64,000 nt of DNA from Vicinamibacterales bacterium (GTDB lineage Bacteria > Acidobacteriota > Vicinamibacteria > Vicinamibacterales > UBA8438), in NCBI GenBank assembly GCA_965222905.1, contig OZ244976.1:7376488-7440487 (forward strand), in the 5' to 3' direction. Below, one piece after another: positions 28,047-38,732 of this stretch; the first letter of the stretch is position 1; every line of letters starts with the position of its first letter. The notes beneath the pieces are model-generated. The model searched no databases and was not told the origin of the DNA. It saw nothing but the letters and a program-made list of their open reading frames with translations. The translations under genes were made by a program, and so were the position numbers.

Positions 28047-28952
28047 TCAAGCGCGCTCGCGCCCGACCAATTCCACGAACAAGTCTGGACGTTCCAGGTC
28101 CGGGAAGTGGCCCACACCGGGCAACAAGATGAACCGTGCCTGCGGTATGGCCTCGATCGCTGCGCGTGGATCGCTGTCGACGTGACAGGGGTCGTCCCCA
28201 CCCCACACAATCGTGCTATCCAGCTTGCGTGTCAGTGGGCGACCGCCGCTGCACCTGAAACTCTGGAACGCCGACGCTAGCGGAAAGCTCGCCCCGCTGC
28301 GCAACGCTCCGACTGCCGTGGCGGCATAGGACGCACCGCACACCCCTGGTGGCAGCGACGCATCGTACCAATGGCGAACCACGACATACCTCGCCGCGTC
28401 CATAAAGACTTGGCCTATCCACGGCAACGTTATGATACCGTGCACATTGACCGTTTGCACCCACGCCTGCGCCGCCGGAAAGGCCTGAAACTGCAACAAG
28501 AACACGCGTTCGACCAGCTCCGGCCACCGCTCCGCCATGTACAGCACCGCGTGCGCCCCGATGCACGCGCAGGTCACCGTTGCACGTTGCACTCCCAACC
28601 CACATAGCGCCTTGGCGAGCAGCGCCGCGGTATCCTCCATCGAAAAGGTATGGTCAGGTGGAGGTCGGAAGAAGCCGAAGCCTGGCAATTCACAGCAGAT
28701 AACCCGGCGCTCCCGCGCTAGCCGCGGCAACAACATATCGTAGTGTTCGACGACGTTGGGCGGGTCGGGCAGGACGACCAGCGGCGGCTCACCGCTTCCT
28801 AGCATCCGCACCCGCGCGGACCCCCCGCCCACCTTCACCACGGTGTCCGAACCTTCGTACGGAGGCTGCCTCGCCAGCCTGCGGGCTGTGGCCCCGACGG
28901 GATGGTACCACGGAAGGCCACGGCAGCCCCAGCAACCTGCTCGTCGACTCAT
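28047..28952 (-). CDS. Alpha/beta-hydrolase fold protein
   Basis: ELPGFG motif, nucleophile elbow C-A-C-I-G, C-terminal PGVGHFP. ATGA-coupled to the desaturase. Confidence 0.8.
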   Translation of the reverse strand: MSRRAGCWGCRGLPWYHPVGATARRLARQPPYEGSDTVVKVGGGSARVRMLGSGEPPLVVLPDPPNVVEHYDMLLPRLARERRVICCELPGFGFFRPPPDHTFSMEDTAALLAKALCGLGVQRATVTCACIGAHAVLYMAERWPELVERVFLLQFQAFPAAQAWVQTVNVHGIITLPWIGQVFMDAARYVVVRHWYDASLPPGVCGASYAATAVGALRSGASFPLASAFQSFRCSGGRPLTRKLDSTIVWGGDDPCHVDSDPRAAIEAIPQARFILLPGVGHFPDLERPDLFVELVGRERA

Positions 28953-30001
28953 TTCCCCCGCCGTTCCTTAAGCCTTTTGACCACCGGCTTGTGACCCTTC
29001 ATGATGGTCAGGGATTGCCATATGGCCTTCCACCACGGGATCGGAGATCCGTACGGATAGCCGTTGGCCTCACAGTACTTCCTAACCACTAAAGAGATCG
29101 CCGGATAGTGGACGTGACTGATGAATGGGAACAGGTGATGTTCGATCTGATAATCTACCCCTGAGCACACAAACCGTCCAATGGGCCCGGTTTTGAAATT
29201 GATCGTGTTCATAGTTTGGATCAGGACGAAGTCCGCGTGCTTCAAATCGCACGCGAATGCCTGCGCGGCCGCGGGGAAATGCGCCGGCGCGAAAGCAATG
29301 AACATCGCGTAGCCCATCAATACGATGCGCACGACGTACAAGCACAACACGTCTACGGGATGAAAAAAAACCATTGGTATTATCAGCCACGTCACGACAT
29401 GCAACAACATCACCACCAAGTCCCACCAGTGATCTGCGGTGCGCGTCCCCGAGTCAAACAGATAAGAAAAAAGGTAACGCCAGCTCGCGCCTTGGACATT
29501 GAAGCCGTTGGCCGCCAGGGCAAAAGGAAAGAAAAGCCACTGGACGTCGTACCAGCGTTTTCGCCAACCCCTCGCGGCTTCGTACTGGTCTACGGTGAGA
29601 GCAAAGAATGGACTCAGATCCACGTCCGCGTCGGCGCCTACTACATTAGGAACCGGATGATGGATAACGTTGTGCTTGTGACGCCAGTACGTGGCCGACA
29701 GCATCAACATGAATGGATAGCCGAAGTACGTCAGCACGCTGTTGACGCGACGACTATCACTGGTCGCGCCGTGGGCCGACGTATGGGTATTGGTCGCCAC
29801 CCCCAGTAGTCCAAACGTGGAAATGAACAGCGCCACGCCCGCCAGCAACCAAGAATCGGCAACTACGAACACGACGAGCCCCCCCAGGGTGTTGGCAACG
29901 TGCAGCGCCAGTTCGACCATAATCCGAACTGGCGTCTTCTTGGTTAGACCCATTTTGTTCAGCTCGAGGCCTAAGTCGTGAATAGTCGATGCTGGAGACA
30001 A
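28949..30001 (-). CDS. Membrane fatty-acid desaturase (front-end type His boxes)
   Basis: HTSAH, HNVIHH and QIEHH boxes, hydrophobic segments, GGAGGT RBS with TTG start. Confidence 0.9.
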   Translation of the reverse strand: MSPASTIHDLGLELNKMGLTKKTPVRIMVELALHVANTLGGLVVFVVADSWLLAGVALFISTFGLLGVATNTHTSAHGATSDSRRVNSVLTYFGYPFMLMLSATYWRHKHNVIHHPVPNVVGADADVDLSPFFALTVDQYEAARGWRKRWYDVQWLFFPFALAANGFNVQGASWRYLFSYLFDSGTRTADHWWDLVVMLLHVVTWLIIPMVFFHPVDVLCLYVVRIVLMGYAMFIAFAPAHFPAAAQAFACDLKHADFVLIQTMNTINFKTGPIGRFVCSGVDYQIEHHLFPFISHVHYPAISLVVRKYCEANGYPYGSPIPWWKAIWQSLTIMKGHKPVVKRLKERRGK

Positions 30002-30020
30002 AGCTTACCTCCCAAGCACT

Positions 30021-31217
30021 CTAAATCCGCTTCAACGGGATATCCATAGTGTAGTCTTTTCCAAACAACACTTGGTAAACAGCGCCGTCGGAGGCCCTAG
30101 CGGCCGCGATGCCACAGTGGAAATAGTACTCCCACATACGCCTAAAGCGCTCGTCATACCTATTGCGTGGTAGAGTGGCGAAGTTAGCGTGAAAGTTATT
30201 CAGCCAGTGCTCCATCGTGAAGCCGTAGTGGCGGACGACATTCTCGACGTCTAGGATTGGCAAGCGGTTGCGTTCTAGCTCGCGAGTGATCTCGCTCAAG
30301 CGAGGTTGGTTAGAACCTGGGAAAATGTACTTCTGTATGAAGGGATCGTGTTCGTTGGTCGCCGCATTGGCACCGATGCAGTGGATCAAACCTAAAGCAT
30401 TCTTAGTATGGAGCCGGTCGACGATAAAGGAAAAATACTTGGTGTATGCGTGGCGCGGCACGTGCTCGAGCATGCCGACACTGACGATTTTGGTAAACTT
30501 ACCGTCGACGGCCGAAAAGTCATCAAAAATGAACTCGACCCGATCGCTTAGGCCCGCTTGTTTTGCACGCTCCACGGCTACCGCGTGATGACGGGTCGCA
30601 TTAGTAACGCCACATCCGTAGACATTATAGTGCTCGGCGGCGAACAACAGCAGGCCGCCGAATCCGCAACCGATGTCCAACAGTCGGTCGCCGTCCTTCA
30701 AGCGCAGCTTTCGGCATATACGGTGGAGCTTGTTGTGCTGGAGCTGGACCAGACTGTCGCTCGATGTCTCGGCGTATCCACAGGAGTACATCAATGTTTC
30801 GTCGAGGAAACTCCGGAAGCACTCATCGCCGAGGTCGTAGTGATGACGTACGTTCCGATTCCGGCCGCGGAAAGCAGAGGCGATGCGCATTGCCGCGACG
30901 ACGAGGAACAAGCGTGGGGTGGTCTTCACGACGCGGTCCAGTTGAGCCGCGGCAAGATGGGTGAGGAGGCCGTGCAACGGCCCCCGCTTGATGTCGACAT
31001 GGCCGTCCATCCACGCCTCGCCGAAGCCCAAGTTGCCGTACGCTAGTACGCGGCGGAAGAAGCTGTCGTGGTGAACGAGCAATTCGTACTGCGGCTCGCC
31101 AACTGCGCCGAGGTCATAGCTGACATTTCCGACGGTGAGGCGCAGAGTGGTGCCGGAGAGCGCTCCGTTGAGTATCTCCATGAAGAGGTCTTGCCGGCTA
31201 TTTCCGGATTGGGACAT
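30021..31217 (-). CDS. cfa: Cyclopropane fatty-acyl phospholipid synthase family methyltransferase
   Basis: HYDLG, FLDETLMYSCGY, LLDIGCGFGG, IVSVGMLEHV, FIQKYIFPG and RMWEYY motifs. Confidence 0.9.
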   Translation of the reverse strand: MSQSGNSRQDLFMEILNGALSGTTLRLTVGNVSYDLGAVGEPQYELLVHHDSFFRRVLAYGNLGFGEAWMDGHVDIKRGPLHGLLTHLAAAQLDRVVKTTPRLFLVVAAMRIASAFRGRNRNVRHHYDLGDECFRSFLDETLMYSCGYAETSSDSLVQLQHNKLHRICRKLRLKDGDRLLDIGCGFGGLLLFAAEHYNVYGCGVTNATRHHAVAVERAKQAGLSDRVEFIFDDFSAVDGKFTKIVSVGMLEHVPRHAYTKYFSFIVDRLHTKNALGLIHCIGANAATNEHDPFIQKYIFPGSNQPRLSEITRELERNRLPILDVENVVRHYGFTMEHWLNNFHANFATLPRNRYDERFRRMWEYYFHCGIAAARASDGAVYQVLFGKDYTMDIPLKRI

Positions 31218-31328
31218 GCGGCCTAGATCCTTGGTCGGTCAAGGGTCGCAGGTCAAGCGGGCAAGCCGTCGGTGTGCGATCCTCCGGATAGCCGGGGCGC
31301 TCGGGACCATGACGATAGGACTCTAGCA

Positions 31329-32537
31329 GAGAGTGAAGTTCACAAGCAAGGGTGTGGGGCCGGGCGGGTGCACGACAGGAAAGTGAGGATTGCCGTCGGG
31401 GGTATTGAGCGAGAGCTGATCGGCCGATTGATCGGGTAGGAGGACTCCGACCATGCCCGAGTCGCAGTTGACTGAACCGCTCGATCACGCGGCCGAAAAA
31501 AGGGGCTTCAAGGAGGAGATGTTCGCAGCGTTGGAGGCGGCGGTCAAGGCCGACGTCGACGCGTTCCTGCGACGAGGAAGCGTGAATGCGCAGGACTTCG
31601 AAGCCCTCTTGCGGACCGTTCACCGTCGAGCACTCGCCACCGCGAGCCAGGTCGCCAAGGTGGTTTGGGCCCAGCGTTCGTAGCCGCGATCACGGCCGAA
31701 CTCGATGCGCTCATCGGGTCGGGGAGGGTCGACGAGCAGGACTTCGAGGCTCTTGAGCAGGCACTGCGTCACCAAGTCCTCGAAATCACCGCGCAGGTGA
31801 TGGCGCAGCGCTTCAACGCGGACGATTCCGACCATTCGGGTTCGACGACAGCGTGCGCCTGCGGACAGACGGCGCGCTACGCCGGCCGGCGCCCCAAGAC
31901 GTTCACCTCGGTGCTGGGGCCGCTGACACTGGAACGCGCCTACTACCACTGCGACACCTGTCGCGCGGGCGTTTGTCCGCGCGACCGGGCGTTGGGCCTG
32001 CACGCCACGTCGCTGTCGCCCGGCGTGCTGCGGATGGTGGGGCTGGCGGCGTCCGACTTCAGCTTCGCCGCGGCCAGCAACCTGTTGTGGGAACTGGCCG
32101 CGGTGCGCGTCGAGACCAAGCAGGTCGAGCGCGCCGCCGAAGCCCTGGGCCGTGAGGTCGCCGACGACGAACGCGATGTGGCCGAAACCGTCCCCAGCCC
32201 CGCGCCGACCCTGTACCTGGGGCTGGACGGCACCGGTGTGCCGGTGCGCCCCGCCGAGGTCGAAGGCCGCCGCGGCAAGCAGCCGGACGGTTCGGCCAAG
32301 ACCCGCGAGGTCAAGCTGGCCACCATGTGGACGGCCGAAGGGCGCGACAAGGCGGGCCGGCCCGTGCGCGACCGCGGGTCGGTCAGCTACAACGCCGCGG
32401 TCGAGAGCGCGGCCAGCCGCGACACCGACCCGTTGCCGTCCGCCTTCGCCCAACGTGCCTATCGCGAGGCGCAACGGCGCGGCTTCGACACCGCGGCCCG
32501 CCGGGTCGTCATCGGCGACGGCGCCCCCTGGATCTGA
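31329..32537 (+). pseudogene. ISKra4-family transposase, truncated at GDGAPWI by the RIT2 left end
   Basis: CACGQTARY, RAYYHCDTC, YLGLDGTGVP, TREVK and GDGAPWI motifs. Putative left end GAGAGTGAAGTTCACAA at 31329. Confidence 0.8.
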
Positions 32538-32563
32538 AATGTTGCGTTTCCCGATATGTTGCG
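32538..32563 (+). repeat. RIT element 2 left terminal repeat
   Basis: AATGTTGCGTTTCCCGATATGTTGCG, with an inverted CGCAACATAA copy about 50 bp inside. Confidence 0.7.
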
Positions 32564-32668
32564 TAGAGGGCGCAAGGCCTTGTGAAATCAGGGATTTTGC
32601 CTCAATTCACGCAACATAACGGTTTTAATCGATCATGTTGGATTTCCATTCAGAAAGGAGATCCGAAC

Positions 32669-33855
32669 ATGTTCGAGCAACTCTTCCGATACCCCGGCGT
32701 AATCGAGCGTTATCACGCCGGCCCACATGCAGAAGACCGTTTGCGCTATCTCGTCCATCTGGCCGGCACAGGAGCCCGCACCCAGACCCTTCAGCTTGCG
32801 GCGAGCCGCCAGCTGGCGCTTGTTCAGTTGCTGGACGTGCGGGATGATCAGCGCGTCCTTCGCGAGCAGCTGGACGCCGCCATCGAGCGCTGGGCTCAAC
32901 CGCGGCCACGGCGTCGCGGGCCGGCCAGTCCCGCCGCAGTCGCGGCCTTCCGGGGGACGGTGACTCACTGGCTGCACTTTGTCGGCCGGTTGGCGATCGC
33001 CGAGAGCCCGCCCCGGCCGTTCGCCTCGTGCGTTGCGGAGTTTGCGGACTGGATGCGGGAACGCGGACTGGCCGAGGCGACGATCCGCGGCCGCTGTTGT
33101 GTGGCCGCGGAGTTTCTGGACTGGTTCCACGCTTGGAACCGGCCTCTGGGATCGCTCACGATCGCCGATGTGGATCGGGCCGTAGCAGCCAAGAGCGAGC
33201 AAGGCCGTTGCGGCCGGATCGCCCTGCACGGGTACCTGAAATCCCTGCGGGCGTTCTTCCGCTTTGCCGAAGCGCAGGGCTGGTGCGCGCCGGGTCTGGC
33301 CGAGGCGGTTGCACCGCCCCGCCTGTACGCGGGGGAGACCGTCCCGGCCGGACTGGCTTGGGACGACGTCCAGCGGTTGCTGGCCTCGACCGAGGGCGCG
33401 AGGCCCGCGGACCGACGCGACCGCGCCGCGCTCCTGCTGCTGGCCGTCTACGGCCTGCGTGCCGGCGAGGTCTGTGGTCTGCGGCTGGACGATGTCGACT
33501 GGGATGCGGAGACGCTCCGGGTGCGCCGTCCGAAGCCGGGGCGGACGCACCTGTACCCGCTCTCCAGGTCCGTCGGAGAGGCGTTGCTGGGCTACTTGCG
33601 GGAAAGCCGGCCGCAACGGGCCGAGCGCGCGATCTTCCTCACGCTCCAAGCCCCGATCCGCCCGCTCAGCGCCACCGGGGCGCGCACGCGCTGAGGCACG
33701 CCTGCGCCCAGCACCTTCTGGACAGCGGCCTGTCGATGAAGGCCATCGGCGACCACCTCGGACATCGCAGTCCGTCCTCGACGGCGGTGTACGCCCGGGT
33801 TCACCTCGACGCGTTGCGCGAGGTGGCGGACTTCCCGTTGGAGGGCTTGGCATGA
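32669..33855 (+). pseudogene. RIT element 2 first tyrosine recombinase, frameshifted or deleted near 33690
   Basis: AAGGAG RBS. RDRAALLLLAVYGLRAGEV, then LRHACAQHLL...HLGH...TAVY in another frame. Confidence 0.85.
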
Positions 33856-34150
33856 CGCTCCAGGCCGCCATCGAACAATACGTCGCATGGCGCCAAGCCC
33901 GCGGCTCGAAGTTCGCTTCCGGAACAAGCATCCTGCGCCAGTACGCCCGCAGCGACGGGACTCCGCTCAAGACGAGAACCGTCCACAAGGCCTTCAACGC
34001 CTTGCGCCGCCACGCCGGCGTGCGCAACGTGGAGGGAGCCCGCTACCAACCGCGTTTGCATGACCTTCGCCACGCTTTCGCCACAAAACGCCTGGCATCG
34101 TGGTACCGGCAGGGTGCCGACGTGCAACGCCTGCTGCCGGTTCTGAGCAC
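33852..34150 (+). pseudogene. RIT element 2 second recombinase, internally deleted and truncated; third gene absent
   Basis: MTLQAAIEQYVAWRQARG joined directly to PRLHDLRHAFA...WYRQGADVQRLLPVLST. Confidence 0.75.
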
Positions 34151-34979
34151 AAGGGCATTCCTGACCGGCGCCGGCCCCCTCACCCTGGTCGTCCGGTTCC
34201 AGTGGCTCGCTCCGGTCGTTGCGGACGGCCGGAAGCTGTGCTTCCGGCGACAACCAGCCATCCCCATCCCGGCGGGTGACGGGTCACCCTGCAGGGCCGG
34301 AACATCGTGGAGGAGCCGCGCATCGCGCGGCTTGACGCGCCACCCGCCGGGATGGTTCCGCCAGCGGCGGCAGCGCCCACTCCATGCCTCGTCCCGAGCC
34401 GACCCCCATGCCACCCATCCGGCCTCGGCTGTGGGCCGCACGCAGAGGGAGGCGCACGGCTCCGTCCGGCGGCTGATGTCCCGTTGCGCCGGCGGCCCCG
34501 ATGGAGCGCGCATGGGTGACCGGGCGGGCTGGCGGCTGGCTGCGATCGTGACCGCGCCTCGCACGGCGGTCCAGCCGCGAGATCGCAGCGCCGGCCGATG
34601 TCGTCCACGTGACGAGCACCATCCTCCTGACGACGATGGGTGCGCCTTCGACGCAGAGAACCTCGCGACGGAGGCAGACAGCACGCCGCGCCGGCATGGG
34701 TTCAACACGCCTTCGTCCCCCGGAGCCACCGGTCATGACCGACGCGTGACCAACGACGTGTCGGCGTTGAATCCTTCCCGTCCTGGACACCGAGGCCTGC
34801 GCGGTTCTCACGCGGGTCCCGCTCGTCATCGGCGGCGACGGCGCCCCTGCTCGCCGCCGAGCACGTCAACCCGCTGGGTGGAGCCGCGACCGGCCTCCTA
34901 CGGCGGCTGTCGGCATCAGTGAGCCGGGATGTGGGCACGATCGCCGGCGCAACCACCCGGCGTTCCGACGCGATGTCGA

Positions 34980-35513
34980 TCATGTCGTACCGCCCCGCGC
35001 ACGTACGAATCTCGCCCAGATCCACACGTAACCTAGCAGCAGCAGGTAAAACACCACACATCTAACACCGCGCCCAAAAACAAATGCGTAGTTTCGCCGT
35101 GTCGTATGGATCTCGGTTATGTAGCCCCCGTCGAATCTATAACTTACCGTACACGGCTCTGACGCAGTCCGCACCCCATTCCGGTTCCCTTGCCAGTGTC
35201 CCGAAACCACGAGTCGATCACCGCCGAAAACGGCCATGTGATCAATTATGACTTCAATGTCCGAGACTCGTCGCCTAGACCTAATGAAACTAATCCACGT
35301 CTCCCACGCGTCGATGCCGACGAAAGAATAACCGTCGACATGAATCACAACCTGCCGATCCAGCACCGTAGCTGCCAGGCTCAGGTCTTGCCGCCCTGCA
35401 AGGATGTCAAAAAGCAATAGCACAGCGCTCACACACCTTTGGTCTAGACCTTCGCTCTCCGCTCTACTTATTGCAGATGACACGGAACTGATCTCCAGGT
35501 GTCGCACCTGCAA
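34980..35513 (-). CDS. NTF2/SnoaL-like protein with a C-terminal hydrophobic tail; start uncertain
   Basis: Alpha-then-beta pattern (VLDRQVVIH...VVSGHWQG...VSYRFDGGYITEIH). AT-richer, and directly downstream of the flavoprotein gene. Confidence 0.55.
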   Translation of the reverse strand: MQVRHLEISSVSSAISRAESEGLDQRCVSAVLLLFDILAGRQDLSLAATVLDRQVVIHVDGYSFVGIDAWETWISFIRSRRRVSDIEVIIDHMAVFGGDRLVVSGHWQGNRNGVRTASEPCTVSYRFDGGYITEIHTTRRNYAFVFGRGVRCVVFYLLLLGYVWIWARFVRARGGTT

Positions 35514-36777
35514 CGCGACAATAGCCTCTGCCTGCCGGCACTAGTCCCAGCAGGCCATGAAGGAATGCACCGAACCAACACCCCACACGATTCAAACCGA
35601 TCTGAGCGTACCTCACGAATCGCCGCAGGTTCGACTTTACAAGTCCATCGGCTTTCGCCCTGATTGCAGTCGCGGTCATGGCGTCCATGTCCGCATGCAC
35701 AAACCAATGGAATACCGAATGGCTTGTCAGGAGTTCGCTCACATACGCTTCGTAACGCGGTCCGATTGTCATAGGCGAATCCATGAACTGCGAAGCAATT
35801 CGCGCCGCCGCTAGCGAAGTACCGACACCAGAGCCAGACATGTACCATATTTGACAGAATGACGGACCGACCAGAAGCCAGTTCCTTCCGTAGGCTCGCT
35901 GGTGGACAAAGTAACGGTGTCGGAGAGAACATGTCACCGTTTCCTCTGGGTAAACGGTGCGGTAGTCGACACCGCGACGGGCATACGCATGTTCCAGAGC
36001 GGCAAGCACGTGGCTATCGGAAACATCGTCGCCCGCATTCAAACTGGCTCCGACTGACACAGCGTTGCCGAACGGAATACACCACGCAAAACCATCTATG
36101 CCATCAGAGGTGGCGTGCAGGCGGAGTAGGTTCGTCCAGTGGGACCACTCTGCCGCGGCGCTTTGAGGCGTAGAACCGGGAATACTCCTGTAGTGCGTCC
36201 ACACCACGCGTTGCAAGTCACTGAGATAGCGCACATGGATTCCCAGGCTCTTCGCGATGCGTCGAGCGTGGTTCGTAGCGTCAAAGACAAATGAAGGTGC
36301 TAGCGTTGTCTGATCTGAAAGGCGAATGCCGACAATCTTGTCTGAGCCTGAATCGTACTCGACGTCGTCGACACGGGCGTCGATGTAAGTACAGGATCTC
36401 TCTTGCACGGCACTGTCAAAAAGAGCGCGGTCGGACCCAATGCGATCCATGTGAACCGTTTGGGACGGCGGAGCGTAACCGAGCAGCCGGGCGAGACTCT
36501 TGAGAATAGGTCCAAACTCGAGGTTGCAAGTGACTACTCTATCATGCAAGTAGACAACGGCGGCCTTCTTTGGGTGACAGAACCTGCCAAGGTCTGGAAA
36601 CGACCCAGCCAACTCGATGGAACCTTCAACGCTGATGGACTCTCCGAGTGTCGGCGCATTAGTCGGTGGCGGTCCGATAAGGAAGTGGGCGCGACCGGTG
36701 GCGGAGAGGGCGCGGCTAATGGCAGCACCAGAGAGTCCGGTTCCGACTATGATGGGTGCCGATTGAATCTGATTCAT
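35464..36777 (-). CDS. FAD-dependent halogenase-like oxidoreductase
   Basis: GTGLSG Rossmann motif, GES, HMDR..SDRALFDSA, DAT, FAWCIP (a WxWxIP variant) and SGSGV. Confidence 0.7.
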   Translation of the reverse strand: MNQIQSAPIIVGTGLSGAAISRALSATGRAHFLIGPPPTNAPTLGESISVEGSIELAGSFPDLGRFCHPKKAAVVYLHDRVVTCNLEFGPILKSLARLLGYAPPSQTVHMDRIGSDRALFDSAVQERSCTYIDARVDDVEYDSGSDKIVGIRLSDQTTLAPSFVFDATNHARRIAKSLGIHVRYLSDLQRVVWTHYRSIPGSTPQSAAAEWSHWTNLLRLHATSDGIDGFAWCIPFGNAVSVGASLNAGDDVSDSHVLAALEHAYARRGVDYRTVYPEETVTCSLRHRYFVHQRAYGRNWLLVGPSFCQIWYMSGSGVGTSLAAARIASQFMDSPMTIGPRYEAYVSELLTSHSVFHWFVHADMDAMTATAIRAKADGLVKSNLRRFVRYAQIGLNRVGCWFGAFLHGLLGLVPAGRGYCRVAGATPGDQFRVICNK

Positions 36778-37329
36778 TTCGGAATCACGTGAGCCATTGG
36801 GGACGCGCTGTACGTCTCCGTGCCCAAGGACGAGAATTCCCCTCGACGTCCCAAAGGGGGCGGTCGATGCGCGGAGGTGGACACGGCCGTTTCGGAACGG
36901 GACCGGCGCTGCGCGGCTGGCATCAGCAAGAGTCTAGCAGAACCAGCGGTGGCGACGAGTGCCATCGACGTGTTGTGAGGGGAGGGGCCGGCACGGGGCC
37001 GGCACGGCGGGTGGTAGGCGCAGGGGATAGCGTGTTGCCGATGGGCACGTGGCCGAGGGACAGGACTCTCCTGGGAGGCGAGAGTCGGGGGCCAGCCGGG
37101 GGCCACGAGGCTGCGGTTGGATGCCATGGGGCAAGCGGCGGCGAGCTGCGGGAGAGCTTCTGCGTCTTCAAGGGCGGAGCCGGGCTGTGTCGGCGATGCG
37201 GAGCCTGAACCGCCAGCCGGACTGGCAGCCGTTTCTGATGGAGAGAGCCGGTTTCTGCCGTCTTCTGACGTGTTCTGTTCGCCGGTTCATCCAATGAATA
37301 CGGGATCCATTGGGGTCTTCGCGGATCTG

Positions 37330-38260
37330 TATACGGACTCCCAGTCCCTGCCCCGCTGGCGTGCGGGCAGGCCAGCACCTGCTGACCGCGGGCGGTGAAG
37401 ATGAGCTCGGCGTTCTCGGTCACCTGACCGGTGGCCCCGTCGATGCCGCTGACCACGTTCTGGGTGATGGTCGGGGTGGCCCACAGGAACTCGGCCGTGT
37501 CCCGGTCCAGGGTGTAGACGATGCCCGTCTTGCCGGGGATGCCGGTCAGCACCCGCCGCTCCTCCCCCGGCTGAATGCGCGGGTTGATCCAGCTCACCGC
37601 CGCCGCGTTCGGGCGGACCGCCGTGTCGACCAGGAGCCGTTCGAAGGGATGGTCCAGGTCCCAGTGGTCGTTCATGTGCTGGTAGTGCCACACGATTTCG
37701 CCGGTGTCCCCGTTCAGAGCCAGCGTCGAGTTGTGGTACAGGTGCGTCAGGTCGGCCCCGCCCAGCATGAACTTGGGCGCCGGAGAGGTGACCGACGTGC
37801 CGACGTAGACCGGGTTCAGCTCCGGGTCGACGCTCGGCACCATCCACGAGCCGACGTGCCCGCGCTCCTCGAACGGCACGTCGCCCCAGGTCTCGTCGCC
37901 CGGCTCACCCGGCCCGGGGATCAGCCGCGTCCGCCAGAGCTCCTCGCCGGTCGCCGCGTCGTGCGCGGTGATGACGCAGCCGTGCGGTCCGCCGCGCGGG
38001 TCGCAGCTCCGGCCGGAGTACACCTTGCCGTTGGCGACGATCGGGCCCGAGGTCTGGTTGGCCGGGTTCACCGTGTAGTCGAGGATCTCCTTGTCCCACA
38101 CCACCTCCCCCGTCTCCGCGTCGAGGGCGACGATGTGGTCGTCCATGCTGGTATGGAAGATCAGCTCGCCGTGGGTCGCGATGTTCCGGTTGGTGTCGAT
38201 CAGGCTGCCGATCATGTAGTCGCCCAGATCGTCCGGGCCGTCCCGCGCCTTCCGGTACGT
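37330..38260 (-). pseudogene. PQQ-binding beta-propeller protein, internal fragment
   Basis: NRNIA, ALDAETGEVVW, TSGPIVANG, GSWMVPSVDPEL, HWDLDHPFE and GKTGIVYTLDR motifs. Both ends missing. Confidence 0.8.
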
Positions 38261-38732
38261 TCCGTTCACTTCCCTCTGCTTCCAGGTGCAGGCGGGTGAC
38301 CAGGCGCCTGCACCTGGCCTGACGCGCGCGTCACCGCTCCATGCGCCTGCGGCCCGACCTGTCGGGAGGGTCAGATGCGCCCGAGCGGACCGCCGTGCGC
38401 GTGGGTCTGCCTGCGTCACCGCCGCCGAGAACGTGACCGGGCCGGACCAACAGCCTTCCCTATCGGACCACGACTAGCCAGGGCCCGTCGCCGGCGGCGT
38501 GACTGCACCGGCAGCGTTCCGCTCATGGCGGAAACCCCGAAGGACGACGTACACATGCGCGTGAAGATACTGCGGCGGAACGACACCGGCACAGTGCTGC
38601 TCGTCTATCCGTCGACGCTCGATGAACACCGGCAGGCCTTGGAGACTCTCGGCCGCGGGGCCCGCCCGGCGGCCGGTCACGACGACTTGACCATGAAGCG
38701 GACGGGCTCCGGCCCGCCACAGGGCTGTTTAC

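Noticed and set aside
34150-34950. ORFs between the RIT2 remnant and the NTF2-like gene
   Set aside because: Arg/Ala/Pro-rich GC-driven frames with no recognisable motif or RBS.
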